Below, in pieces: positions 42,878-50,978 of a stretch of 50,978 bases of DNA. Both the position numbers and the translations under genes were made by a program. Origin of the DNA: Alistipes onderdonkii (lineage in GTDB: Bacteria; Actinomycetota; Coriobacteriia; Coriobacteriales; UMGS124); the NCBI GenBank assembly GCA_963648855.1, contig CAVJGP010000004.1:1-50978 (forward strand), read 5' to 3'. Under the pieces are notes generated by a model, which was not told the origin of the DNA, searched no databases, and saw only the letters and a list, made by a program, of their open reading frames with translations. Each line of letters starts with the position of its first letter. Position 1 is the stretch's first letter.

Positions 42878-43324
42878 AAACGCTCCTCTCTGCGCTAAAG
42901 CGCGTGCGGTTTTAGGCCTTGCGTGAGTTTGAACACATTCTTGAATCCTATATGTCCAAAGAATTGGACAGGAAGGGAATTATCTCAACTATTTTTATCG
43001 CTTTGCTAAAGCTCGCTGCCATTCTCTCGCACTGGGTGTTCGGGCAAGAAGAAGGCGCAGCCTATTTAGGGCTCAAGGAACCAACCAGGATACGAGGAGC
43101 GGGCGCAAGGGCGCCGCCGACTGGGCGGCTCAGGCAAACGCGCGCGGCACGCCGCGCTGGCAAGCCGCCTCAGCCTAAAAGCGCGCGCTCTCCTCTCATG
43201 GCTCGTCGGCCCCGAAGTTCCTCGAGGCTCCTGGCCTGGTTTTAATGGCGCTACGCCAGCAGGACAGACTTGCAAACCTCGTGCGGTAGAATGTGCCCTA
43301 CTGCAGCGAGTAGGGAGACCAGCC

Positions 43325-44920
43325 ATGGAGCTTGAGCGAATCGTCATCGACACGTATGACTTCGAGCGAATCCGCTCGGCGGGCATCACGTATGTTGACA
43401 AGACCGGCCTGATTCACCCGCTTGTCGAGGGAACCCTGGGCTTCCAATTCTTCCTCTCCCGTCCCCGGCGCTTCGGCAAGTCGCTGCTCATCTCCACCAT
43501 CCAGAAGCTCTTCGAGGGACGGCGCGACCTGTTCGAGGGACTAGCGATAGACTCTCTGCCGTGGGATTGGTCGCAGACCTACCCCGTACTGCGCCTCGAC
43601 ATGAGCCTGTGCTCGGGGGAGTCCGTGGAGGAGGTCGAAACCTCCGTCGAGTTCACGCTACGCCGCGAGTCCGAGAGGCTCGGCGTGGCTCTGCGCGACG
43701 GCGGCAACCTTCGCGACCGTTTCGCGTCCCTGGTGGAGGACCTCGCCGCGACGAGCCCCTCGGGGCAGATCGTCCTGCTCGTCGACGAGTACGACAAGCC
43801 GCTCACCCGCTGGGTGGGCTGCCCCGAGGTGGCCCCCTTCCAGGCCTTCCTCAAGTCGTTCTACTCCGTCGTCAAAGCCACCGAGTCCAAGCAGCGCTTC
43901 TGCCTCATGACGGGCGTGTCGAAGTTCTCGAAGGTGTCGATATTCTCGGATTTGAACAACCTCAAGGACCTCACCATGAGCCCCTTCGCCACCACGCTTC
44001 TGGGCTACACGCACGAGGAGGTGCGGGCCAACTTCCCGGGCCGCCTGGCCGCCCTCGCACAGGCGCTGGATACCGACACAGAGGGGGCCTTCGACCGGCT
44101 CGTGACCATGTATGACGGTTACTGCTTCGACGAGCGCATGGCGCGCGTCTTCAACCCCGTCTCGCTGGGCAATGCCCTGGTCGACCAACGGCTGAAGCCC
44201 TACTGGTTCGAGACGGGCACGCCGGGCTGGCTCATGTCCTACGCCAAAAAGGAACCCATCGACGTGGACTCCTTCACACTGGGCGACTCCGACCTGGGCA
44301 CCTTCGAACCCGCCAACCCCTCCATGCCCGCTGTCCTCTTCCAGACGGGCTACCTCACCATCAAACAGGTGTGGGGGCAGGACATGGGCATGGTCTACGA
44401 CCTGGGCTTCCCCAACCGTGAGGTCTCCTCCGGCTTCAACCGCTGGTTGGCGAACGCCTACATGCGCCCCGGAACCGACGTCTCCAAGACGAGCGGCTGG
44501 GCCGTCGCCTGCCAACGCGCCCTGGGCGCGGGCGACGCAGCGGGGTTCATGGAGGCGCTCGAGAGCTTCTTCGCCTCCATCGGCTACGACCTCACCGACC
44601 GCCTCTCCGAGCAGGCCTATCAGTGCGTGGCCGTCGCCATCCTTCGCTTCATCGGCATCTACCTGGACGCCGAGGTCACCACCTCGCGCGGCCGCATCGA
44701 CATGGTGATGCGAAGGCGTGGCCACACCTTCGTCATGGAGATGAAGGTTGCCTCCGGCGAGGGGGCCGACGAGAGGGCCGCCCGCACCGCAATCGCCCAG
44801 ATCCGCGAACGCGGTTACGCCGAACCCTACCGCACGACGGGCGACGAGGTCCTCCTCCTCGGCGTGGCCTTCGACTGCCTCACGCACAACGTGGGTGCCT
44901 GGGTGAGCGAGGCGCTGTAA
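43325..44920 (+). CDS. AAA-ATPase_like (PF09820-type) plus PD-(D/E)XK nuclease (PDDEXK_9-type) protein
   Basis: 'FERIRSAGITYVDKTGLI' and 'SRPRRFGKSLLISTIQKLF' are present. The C-terminal 'GRIDMVM...FVMEMKV' is PD-(D/E)XK-like. The RBS is 'AGGGAG'. Confidence 0.85.
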   Translation: MELERIVIDTYDFERIRSAGITYVDKTGLIHPLVEGTLGFQFFLSRPRRFGKSLLISTIQKLFEGRRDLFEGLAIDSLPWDWSQTYPVLRLDMSLCSGESVEEVETSVEFTLRRESERLGVALRDGGNLRDRFASLVEDLAATSPSGQIVLLVDEYDKPLTRWVGCPEVAPFQAFLKSFYSVVKATESKQRFCLMTGVSKFSKVSIFSDLNNLKDLTMSPFATTLLGYTHEEVRANFPGRLAALAQALDTDTEGAFDRLVTMYDGYCFDERMARVFNPVSLGNALVDQRLKPYWFETGTPGWLMSYAKKEPIDVDSFTLGDSDLGTFEPANPSMPAVLFQTGYLTIKQVWGQDMGMVYDLGFPNREVSSGFNRWLANAYMRPGTDVSKTSGWAVACQRALGAGDAAGFMEALESFFASIGYDLTDRLSEQAYQCVAVAILRFIGIYLDAEVTTSRGRIDMVMRRRGHTFVMEMKVASGEGADERAARTAIAQIRERGYAEPYRTTGDEVLLLGVAFDCLTHNVGAWVSEAL

Positions 44921-45376
44921 GCGAGCTGGTGCTGGGGCGGCGAGCTGCAACGCCCGTTCGGGCGGCACAAAAACGCGCGGCGAACCTGTTGTCGGCACTC
45001 AAGGGGGAAGGTGTGCCGCAGGTTCGCCGCGCTCAGGGGATGCCAGACGCGCGAGAGCAAGGGGGTCTCTCCGGTCGGCCATGTGGATGCAAAGGGTTCA
45101 AAGGTCGGAAGGTCGGTTGGGCATGTTGTGCTTGACCGTGGCCTTCCTTCGACAATCCGTATAATGCCGCACTGCCCCTCACGACGCATGACCCGACCGG
45201 GGGGATATCAAGAAATAGCTATCTAACAGGCAGAATGCATGTGAAGATGCCTTCACAACCACCCCTGTCACCCCATCCGGCTGATGGCCTCAGAAGGCCC
45301 CTCGCACGCTTATATGAGGCCTCTCACCCCTTGCGTTGACGCGACCCACCCGTTATGTGGGCCGCCGAGCGTCCCC

Positions 45377-45670
45377 TTATGCCACCGCGTAAACGACGAT
45401 CTTGGGGTCGGCGCTCCACGTAGGCTGCAGACCCGTGGCCACGTCGTCGTTGAACATCTTGCTGTGCAGGTACGCATTAGCATGCTCTACCGAGTCGAAC
45501 CCATGGAGAACCTGCACGTCCTCATCGCGAACGAGCAGCTCCTTGGTGAGCGCCCCCTCGATCTGCTCCAGGAAGGGCCCGCGATAGTCGGTGTAGACCT
45601 TCGCCGCCGCGGGACGCTTGTCCTCGTCGATGACCATCGTGATCTGCAGGTATGCCTTGACGTCTGCCAT
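45377..45670 (-). CDS. Small hypothetical protein (97 aa), possibly with a dimeric alpha/beta-barrel (ABM-like) fold
   Basis: The ATG at 45670 is preceded by 'GAGAGGAG'. The gene is divergent from the HxlR regulator. The fold guess is weak. Confidence 0.6.
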   Translation of the reverse strand: MADVKAYLQITMVIDEDKRPAAAKVYTDYRGPFLEQIEGALTKELLVRDEDVQVLHGFDSVEHANAYLHSKMFNDDVATGLQPTWSADPKIVVYAVA

Positions 45671-45862
45671 GGCGTAACTCCTCTCGTCTCGCGCCAGCGG
45701 CGCTTTTCCGGTAACGCGACACGAGATTCTATGGACCCGTCCGGCCCGGCTGAAGTGGTTAACGAGCGATTGAGGGACTCAAGAATTGTTGAGCGAGTTC
45801 ACTTGCCGAAGCTGAGCCACTACTATTTCCTGAGCAGCACACGCATGGCGAAGGAGACCCGC

Positions 45863-46258
45863 ATGGCATACAAGCGCAAGCTCGACAAGGACATCCGCTG
45901 CCCGCTGGAATACGGCATGGACGTGTTCGGGGGCCGTTGGAAGCCGCGCATCATCTGCGTGCTGGCGGAGGGGCAGCTGCGCTACTCCGACCTGAAGCGC
46001 GAGCTGACGGACATCACCGACACCGCCCTGGCGGCCGCGCTGAAGGAGCTGCAGGAGACGGGCATGGTGGCGCGCAGGCAGTACGAGGAGATTCCGCCGC
46101 GCGTGGAGTACTCCCTCACGGCCAAGGGCCGCAGCACCATCCCCCTGCTCCAGGCCATCTGCAAATGGTCGGGCATCTTCTATCGCGAGGTGGGCGAGAA
46201 CGCCCCGCACAAGTGCCAGCGCTGCGACTTCGCCGGATACGCTCGCACGGGAGAGTAA
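45863..46258 (+). CDS. HxlR-family winged-helix transcriptional regulator
   Basis: 'CPLEYGMDVFGGRWKPRIICVL..GQLRYSDLKREL..ITDTALAAALKELQETGMV.R....EIPPRVEYSLT' is HxlR-like. The ATG at 45863 lies 6 nt after 'AAGGAG'. Confidence 0.85.
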   Translation: MAYKRKLDKDIRCPLEYGMDVFGGRWKPRIICVLAEGQLRYSDLKRELTDITDTALAAALKELQETGMVARRQYEEIPPRVEYSLTAKGRSTIPLLQAICKWSGIFYREVGENAPHKCQRCDFAGYARTGE

Positions 46259-46409
46259 GGCGGGGCCGGCGCGCTAGGCGATGACCTGACATCCGGCTTC
46301 TGCTCACAACGGACGCGCAGGTGCGGACCGCGTGCTGGGCGACAGCCTACGTGCCGCGTGCCGCCCCCCTCGCCCGCCCTACCTCGGCTTCCCCGCGCTC
46401 CCTGAATCC

Positions 46410-47249
46410 TTACTCAGCCGGCAGCAGGCACCACACGGCCCGCGCGGATTCGCCTAGGTTGCCGGCGGCGCTCGTGTCGCCAATCTCCACGCGGCGCAGG
46501 CGCACGTTGAAGACCCGCTCGACGGCGCCGCTGGCCGCCACCTCGCTGGGAGTCCCGCACGCTTGCACCCGGCCGTCGGCAAGCAGCGCGACCCTGTCGC
46601 AGCATGACAAGGCCAGGGGGATGTCGTGCAGCACCATGACCACGGCCGCGCCGCCCGAGGCGAGCTCGCGGGCCATGCGCATAAGGTCAAAGCAGGCCGT
46701 GGGGTCGAGGTAGGTGGTGGGCTCGTCCATGACGACGACCCCCGCCTCCTGGGCAAGCACCGCCGCCAGATGCACGCGCTGCCGCTCCCCGCCCGAAAGG
46801 CGGGCCATATCGTCGTCCGCGTGAGACGTACATCCCGCACGCTCCATCGCCGACCGCACAGCCTCATAGTCGCACCCCCGGGCAGGCATAAGGGCAGGTC
46901 GATGAGGGTAGCGGCCGCACATCACAAACTGCTCGACCCGCATGCTGGGTGCCTGGCCGCCCTGCGGCAACACGGCAACTCGACGCGCGACCTCCTTGCG
47001 CCCCATGCCCGAAAGGTCCTCACCACCGAGCAGCACGCTGCCCCGCGCAGGGACGAGCGCACGCTGCATCAGCTTGACGGCCGTGGACTTGCCGCAGCCG
47101 TTCGGCCCCAGAATCGCCGCGACCTCGCCCGAGCGAAATGCCAGGCTAACGTCCTCAAGCACGCGGCGCGGGCCATAGGAGAATGAGACGCCCCGCAGCT
47201 CGACGGCCGCAGGCGCAGGACTTACGGCCGGCTCGCTCGCGCCTCTCAC
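46410..47249 (-). CDS. ABC transporter ATP-binding protein (FecE/BtuD-type iron-complex/cobalamin importer)
   Basis: Walker A is 'GPNGCGKST', the signature is 'LSGGERQR' and Walker B is 'VVVMDEPT'. The GTG start at 47249 overlaps the permease stop as GTGA. Confidence 0.9.
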   Translation of the reverse strand: MRGASEPAVSPAPAAVELRGVSFSYGPRRVLEDVSLAFRSGEVAAILGPNGCGKSTAVKLMQRALVPARGSVLLGGEDLSGMGRKEVARRVAVLPQGGQAPSMRVEQFVMCGRYPHRPALMPARGCDYEAVRSAMERAGCTSHADDDMARLSGGERQRVHLAAVLAQEAGVVVMDEPTTYLDPTACFDLMRMARELASGGAAVVMVLHDIPLALSCCDRVALLADGRVQACGTPSEVAASGAVERVFNVRLRRVEIGDTSAAGNLGESARAVWCLLPAE

Positions 47250-48367
47250 AGCGACCGCCCCCTCTCGCGCATAACAAGCCACACGAAGAACGGACCGCCC
47301 ACAAACGCCATGAGGATGCCCACGGGAAGCTCGTAGGGCGCAAAGGCCACGCGGGCGAGCACGTCGCAGGCGCACACGAATGCCGCGCCCGCGAACATAC
47401 TCGCAGGCATAAGAACGCGCAGATCGTTGCCGGTAATCAGGCGCACCACATGAGGCACGACGAGCCCGACGAAGCCCAACAGCCCCGCAAAGCTCACCGC
47501 ACCGGCCGCCAGCAGGGCAGCCACGAGCAGCATGGAGACGCGCACGGCGCGCACGTTCATCCCCACGCCCTGCGCCACCGCGTCGCCGGCCATCATCACG
47601 TTGAGCAGCCTCGCGCCGAGCAGGGCAAGCACGAGACCTGCGGCGATGCACACGGCGGGCCAGGCGAGGTCGACCATGCGCACGCCCGAGAGGCCTCCCA
47701 CCAGAAACGAGCTCGCCCCCACATAGGCGTCGGGGCAGACGATGAGCACGGTGTTCATCCCCGCACCGAACACCGCCGTTGCCGCCATGCCCACAAGCAC
47801 GATGGTCATGCGGGAGGCGCCGGCGCAGCTCGCCATGGCGAACACGAGCAGCACGGCAAGCAAGGCGCCCCCGAACGCCGCCGCAGGCAGCGCGGCCGCA
47901 ACGCCAGGGAAGAGCGCGCTCGCCGCGAGCACCGCAAGGCCCGCCCCGGAGTTGATGCCCAGGACGTTTGGGCTGGCAAGGGGGTTGTTGAGGGCCGTCT
48001 GTGTGATGCAGCCCGACACCGCCAGCCCGCTGCCCGCGAGCACGCCGGCAAGCATCCGGGGCAGCCTCACGTGAGCGACGATGTTGCCCGCCGCAGCGCT
48101 CGTGGGCTCGCCGCCCGTCAGCACGGCGCACACGTCCCCCAGTCCCACGCCGGTAGAGCCAAGCATGAGGGCCCCGAGCGCCGCCGCCACACAGAGCACG
48201 GCCGAGACAGCGAGCGCGACGCGCCCACGACGCCGCGAGGCAAACGCCGACCCCCTCGCGAAGGCCCCGGGGGCAGGCGCAGGCGCGACCCCGGGCGCAG
48301 GCACGTTCTCCGAGGCGACCCCACCCTGCGAGCCCTCGCCTCCCCTAGGCGCAGACGTCATCGCCAT
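47246..48367 (-). CDS. FecCD-family ABC transporter permease
   Basis: 'RLPRMLAGVLAGSGLAVSGCITQTALNNPLASPNVLGINSGAGL' is the FecCD signature. The start is ATG at 48367 or 48361, which overlaps the SBP 3' end. Confidence 0.85.
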   Translation of the reverse strand: MAMTSAPRGGEGSQGGVASENVPAPGVAPAPAPGAFARGSAFASRRRGRVALAVSAVLCVAAALGALMLGSTGVGLGDVCAVLTGGEPTSAAAGNIVAHVRLPRMLAGVLAGSGLAVSGCITQTALNNPLASPNVLGINSGAGLAVLAASALFPGVAAALPAAAFGGALLAVLLVFAMASCAGASRMTIVLVGMAATAVFGAGMNTVLIVCPDAYVGASSFLVGGLSGVRMVDLAWPAVCIAAGLVLALLGARLLNVMMAGDAVAQGVGMNVRAVRVSMLLVAALLAAGAVSFAGLLGFVGLVVPHVVRLITGNDLRVLMPASMFAGAAFVCACDVLARVAFAPYELPVGILMAFVGGPFFVWLVMRERGRSL

Positions 48368-49538
48368 AGAGCGCCTTGGCCATCGCGCGGTACGCCTCGT
48401 CCCAGGCGTCGAGCGGCTTGTATTGGAAGAGCACCGGGTCAAGCGCCAGGTAGCGGCCCTCTTGCACGGCCGTCAGGCCCGCCCAGGCGGGGTCGTCCTG
48501 CGTCTGGCGGTCAAGGGCGCGCTGTGCGGCCTGCGCGTCGTTGCCCATGGGCAGGACGAACACGTAGTCCGGGTCGAGCGCCACCACCGACTCGAGCGAG
48601 AAATCCTCGAGCAGGCTGGGGTTCTCATCCGCGACGTTCAAGCCGCCCAAGTTGGCCAAGATGGCGCCCGACTGGGTGGCGGAGTTGAGCACGCGCGTGC
48701 CGCCCGAATACGTCGTCATGAGCAGGCACGTGGGGGCCTGGGTGCCGGACTCGGCGCGGGCCTTGCCGGCTGCGGCGAGCACCTCGTCGATGCGGTCGCG
48801 CGTGTCCAGGCCATGGCTGCGGTACAGGTCGTAGCGGCCCGTCAGGTCGCAGCAGGCGCGCAGCATGCGCAGGTAATCGCCGAAAACCGTCACCTTGAAC
48901 GTCAGCACGGGGATGCCGGCCTCCTCAAGCGGAGCCACGAGGTCAAGCTGGCTCGACTGGCCGCCCTTGCCTGCCGAAACAGCGCTCATGATGACAAGGG
49001 AGGGCTCCAAGGCGAGGATCTGCTCCAGGTTGGGGGCGGTGAAATCGCCCACGAGCATAAGGTGCTCCACCCCGTCGAGGTCGAAATCGGCCAGGGCGTC
49101 ATCGGTCACGCCGACAAGATCGCCGCCCGCAAGCTGCCAGGTCTTGGCGAAGCTGCCCATGCACACCACTACGGTGTCAAGTGAGTCCACGCTGACCTGG
49201 CGGCCCTGGTCGTCGGTCAACGTGAGCGGGAAAGCCACCTCCACCTCCCCGGCAGGCACGTCATCGGCACCGTCGGCCACCGCGACATGCTCGGCCACCT
49301 CGCCCGAGGGCGCGGCCTGCGCGGCAGGATGGCCGGAGCCTGCCGCCTGAGACGCGCCCTCGCTCGCAACGTCGTCCTGCTCTCCTCGAGCACCATCTGC
49401 CCAGGCAGGCTGGGCGCCTGCGTCGAACGCAAGTGCGCCCAACGAGGCAGCCAGCCCGAAGGCACGGGCGCAAACGGCGCGCCGGCTCAAGGGCGCCGCA
49501 AAACCCGCAGGACCGTAGTTCAAATCGTTCACAGCCAT
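48345..49538 (-). CDS. ABC transporter substrate-binding protein (Peripla_BP_2, siderophore/heme/cobalamin type)
   Basis: The ATG at 49538 is preceded by 'GAGGAAG'. The N-terminal 'SRRAVCARAFGLAASLGALA' is signal-like. 'LEPSLVIM' and 'LDPDYVFVL' are present. Confidence 0.85.
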   Translation of the reverse strand: MAVNDLNYGPAGFAAPLSRRAVCARAFGLAASLGALAFDAGAQPAWADGARGEQDDVASEGASQAAGSGHPAAQAAPSGEVAEHVAVADGADDVPAGEVEVAFPLTLTDDQGRQVSVDSLDTVVVCMGSFAKTWQLAGGDLVGVTDDALADFDLDGVEHLMLVGDFTAPNLEQILALEPSLVIMSAVSAGKGGQSSQLDLVAPLEEAGIPVLTFKVTVFGDYLRMLRACCDLTGRYDLYRSHGLDTRDRIDEVLAAAGKARAESGTQAPTCLLMTTYSGGTRVLNSATQSGAILANLGGLNVADENPSLLEDFSLESVVALDPDYVFVLPMGNDAQAAQRALDRQTQDDPAWAGLTAVQEGRYLALDPVLFQYKPLDAWDEAYRAMAKALYGDDVCA

Positions 49539-49561
49539 GTTGCTTCCTCTCTCTTGTAGCC

Positions 49562-50563
49562 CTACTCCACCGTCAGCCCTCTGCTGTGCGCGCAGTAGTC
49601 GTCCTGGGCCATGAAGTCGCCCTCGTGGTAGTACGCGGCCCGAGCGCGGCAGCCACCGCATCCCTGCCGGTAGTCGCAGGTGCCGCACGACCCCGCGTAG
49701 CTGCGGGTGCGCAGGCGCTCGAACACCGGGCTCGTGCGCCAGATCTGGTCGAAAGGCTGCTCGCGCACGTTGCCCGCCTCCTGCTCCATGTAGGCGCACG
49801 GGCGCACGACGCCCTCGGGGCTCACGATGCAGTACGTGAGACCCGCCAAGCAACCGCGCACAAAGCGCGTCTCGACGCCCATCTGCTCGGCCACGCGCGT
49901 GAACTGCGGGGCGCACGTGGGCTTGACGTCGATGGGCACCTCGGCCTGCTTGGCCATGAGACGGCGCAGCAGGCGCTCGTTAGCCGCCACCTCAAGCGAG
50001 GTGTCGCTGATGTACTTGCCCCGGCCCACCGGGATGAGAAAGAACACGTAGTGCCCCACGGCCCCCAGCTCAACGGCGAAATCGGTGATGTCGCAAATCT
50101 CGCCCTCGTTCCAATCGAGCGCCGTGGTATGCACCTGGAACGGCAGGCCCACCTTGCGGCAGGCGCGCATGCCGGCCACCGTGGCCTCCCACGCGCCCGC
50201 CTTGCCGCGAAACGCGTCGTGCTTGGCGGCATCGAGGCTGTCGAGGCTGATGCCCATGGCGCAAGCTCCGGCCTGCTTCAGGCGCGCGGCCACCTCGGGC
50301 GTGATAAGCGTGCCATTCGTGCCGAACACCGGCCGCAGGCCCTTGCTCGCCGCATAGGCCACGAGCTCGTAGATGTCGGGGCGCATGAGGGGCTCTCCAC
50401 CCGAGAAGATCATGACCTTGAACCCCGCGGCGGCAATCTGGTCGATGAGCGCACGCGCCTCGTCGCCCGCAAGCTCGCGCGCGCAGGCGTCGGGGCTGGC
50501 GTCCTGGTAGCAATGCTTGCAAGAAAGGTTGCATCTGTTGGTGGTCATCCAAGAAACGATCAA
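49562..50563 (-). CDS. Radical SAM/SPASM protein of the NirJ/AhbC/AhbD type
   Basis: 'VSWMTTNRCNLSCKHCYQDA' contains the CxxxCxxC motif and 'GSCGTCDYRQGCGGCRARA' is the C-terminal SPASM-like Cys cluster. I prefer the TTG at 50563, 6 nt after 'GGAAGGAG'; the alternative GTG at 50590 has no RBS. The gene ends 23 nt before the SBP gene. Confidence 0.85.
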   Translation of the reverse strand: MIVSWMTTNRCNLSCKHCYQDASPDACARELAGDEARALIDQIAAAGFKVMIFSGGEPLMRPDIYELVAYAASKGLRPVFGTNGTLITPEVAARLKQAGACAMGISLDSLDAAKHDAFRGKAGAWEATVAGMRACRKVGLPFQVHTTALDWNEGEICDITDFAVELGAVGHYVFFLIPVGRGKYISDTSLEVAANERLLRRLMAKQAEVPIDVKPTCAPQFTRVAEQMGVETRFVRGCLAGLTYCIVSPEGVVRPCAYMEQEAGNVREQPFDQIWRTSPVFERLRTRSYAGSCGTCDYRQGCGGCRARAAYYHEGDFMAQDDYCAHSRGLTVE

Positions 50564-50693
50564 GGCAGGCTCCTTCCCGCGCGCCTCCACGCGCGCGGTC
50601 GCGGTTGAACAACGATGGATTTGACGTTTGAAGTGCGAGGCGAGGTAGGACGGCGTTAGCCCTGCTGGGCGGCGCTACCTCAGCCGACCGGCG

Positions 50694-50978
50694 CTACCCC
50701 TGCTGCCCGCCCTGCTCGCATGCCCCCACGAGCCGGTCGAGATAGTCGGCCATCTCGCGCCGCAGGTCGCCGAAGCTCTCGTCGGCTGCGTCCCCGCAAG
50801 GCGAGGCTGCGCCATCGAGCAGGGAGAACCGCTCCTGCGCCGACCGCTGCTCGTCGGCGCGGCGCAGGGCCACCACCTTGCGGGCCAGCTCGCGGCTGCA
50901 GGCGGAGTCGAGCGGCTCATGGCGTCGCATGAGCCTCACGGCCTGCGCGATGACCTCGTGCCAGGCCGACACCACAAA
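50694..50978 (-). CDS. 3' end of a gene running off the right edge; product unknown
   Basis: The frame is open to the window end, GC3 is high, and the stop is at 50694-50696. I see no recognisable motif. Confidence 0.35.
   Translation of the reverse strand, partial: FVVSAWHEVIAQAVRLMRRHEPLDSACSRELARKVVALRRADEQRSAQERFSLLDGAASPCGDAADESFGDLRREMADYLDRLVGACEQGGQQG

Noticed and set aside
42919-43245. 108-aa plus-strand ORF in the low-GC islet
   Set aside because: It has no RBS. Its first half is AT-rich and hydrophobic while its second half is a GC-rich Arg/Pro/Ala run, a frame-artefact look. At best it is a gene remnant.
43658-44998. 446-aa minus-strand ORF
   Set aside because: It is antisense to the AAA-ATPase_like/PDDEXK_9 gene and is a shadow frame.
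45132-45165. Plus-strand promoter: consensus 'TATAAT' (45160-45165) with 'TTGACC' (45132-45137)
   Set aside because: The spacer is 22 nt, which is too long. No plus-strand gene follows for about 700 nt, and the intervening DNA is antisense to a real gene. It could be chance or an antisense/sRNA promoter, but it is unsupported.
45284-46258. 324-aa ORF
   Set aside because: Only the C-terminal 131 aa (from 45863) form the HxlR regulator. The upstream part is antisense to the 97-aa gene and crosses the divergent promoter region.
46410-48131. 573-aa ORF taken as one gene
   Set aside because: Only the last 280 codons (46410-47249) form the ABC ATPase. The upstream part is an alternative frame of the FecCD permease gene, which has its own clear signature. 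A GTGA start/stop overlap marks the true boundary.
48345-49916. 523-aa ORF taken as one gene
   Set aside because: The first 126 codons overlap the radical SAM gene in another frame. The true SBP start is the ATG at 49538, with 'GAGGAAG' upstream.

Overview
This is a high-GC, GC3-skewed chromosomal segment from a Gram-positive bacterium. By inference only it looks like a Coriobacteriia/Eggerthellaceae-type actinobacterium (multi-TM LuxR regulator, codon style, gene content). I support about 37 protein genes.

Housekeeping genes are recQ, dut, mtnN, a type-II NADH dehydrogenase, DegV, topoisomerase III, hypB and a YbgC-type thioesterase. Accessory modules sit between them:
- A six-gene sortase-pilus operon (18088-30733, minus strand). 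It encodes a dedicated signal peptidase I, a 2117-aa tip adhesin, a major pilin, a class C sortase with a long repetitive cytoplasmic tail, a Cna-B pilin with an LIQTG sorting signal, and a second sortase.
- A HipA-like kinase linked to an AlbA_2/HATPase_c_4/wHTH protein, with no HipB present.
- A lysine riboswitch in front of an NhaC-family transporter.
- A NirJ/Ahb-like radical SAM gene heading a FecBCD-type ABC importer operon.
- A mosaic LRR/Big_2/cell-wall-binding surface protein.
- Several tandem and dispersed GC-rich intergenic repeats.

I found no rRNA, tRNA, CRISPR array, integrase or transposase. Many long ORFs in the supplied track are antisense 'shadow' frames typical of high-GC DNA and were rejected. 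All domain calls come from motif recognition by eye, with no database search, and starts were chosen by RBS inspection. The ORF track translates GTG/TTG starts as M.
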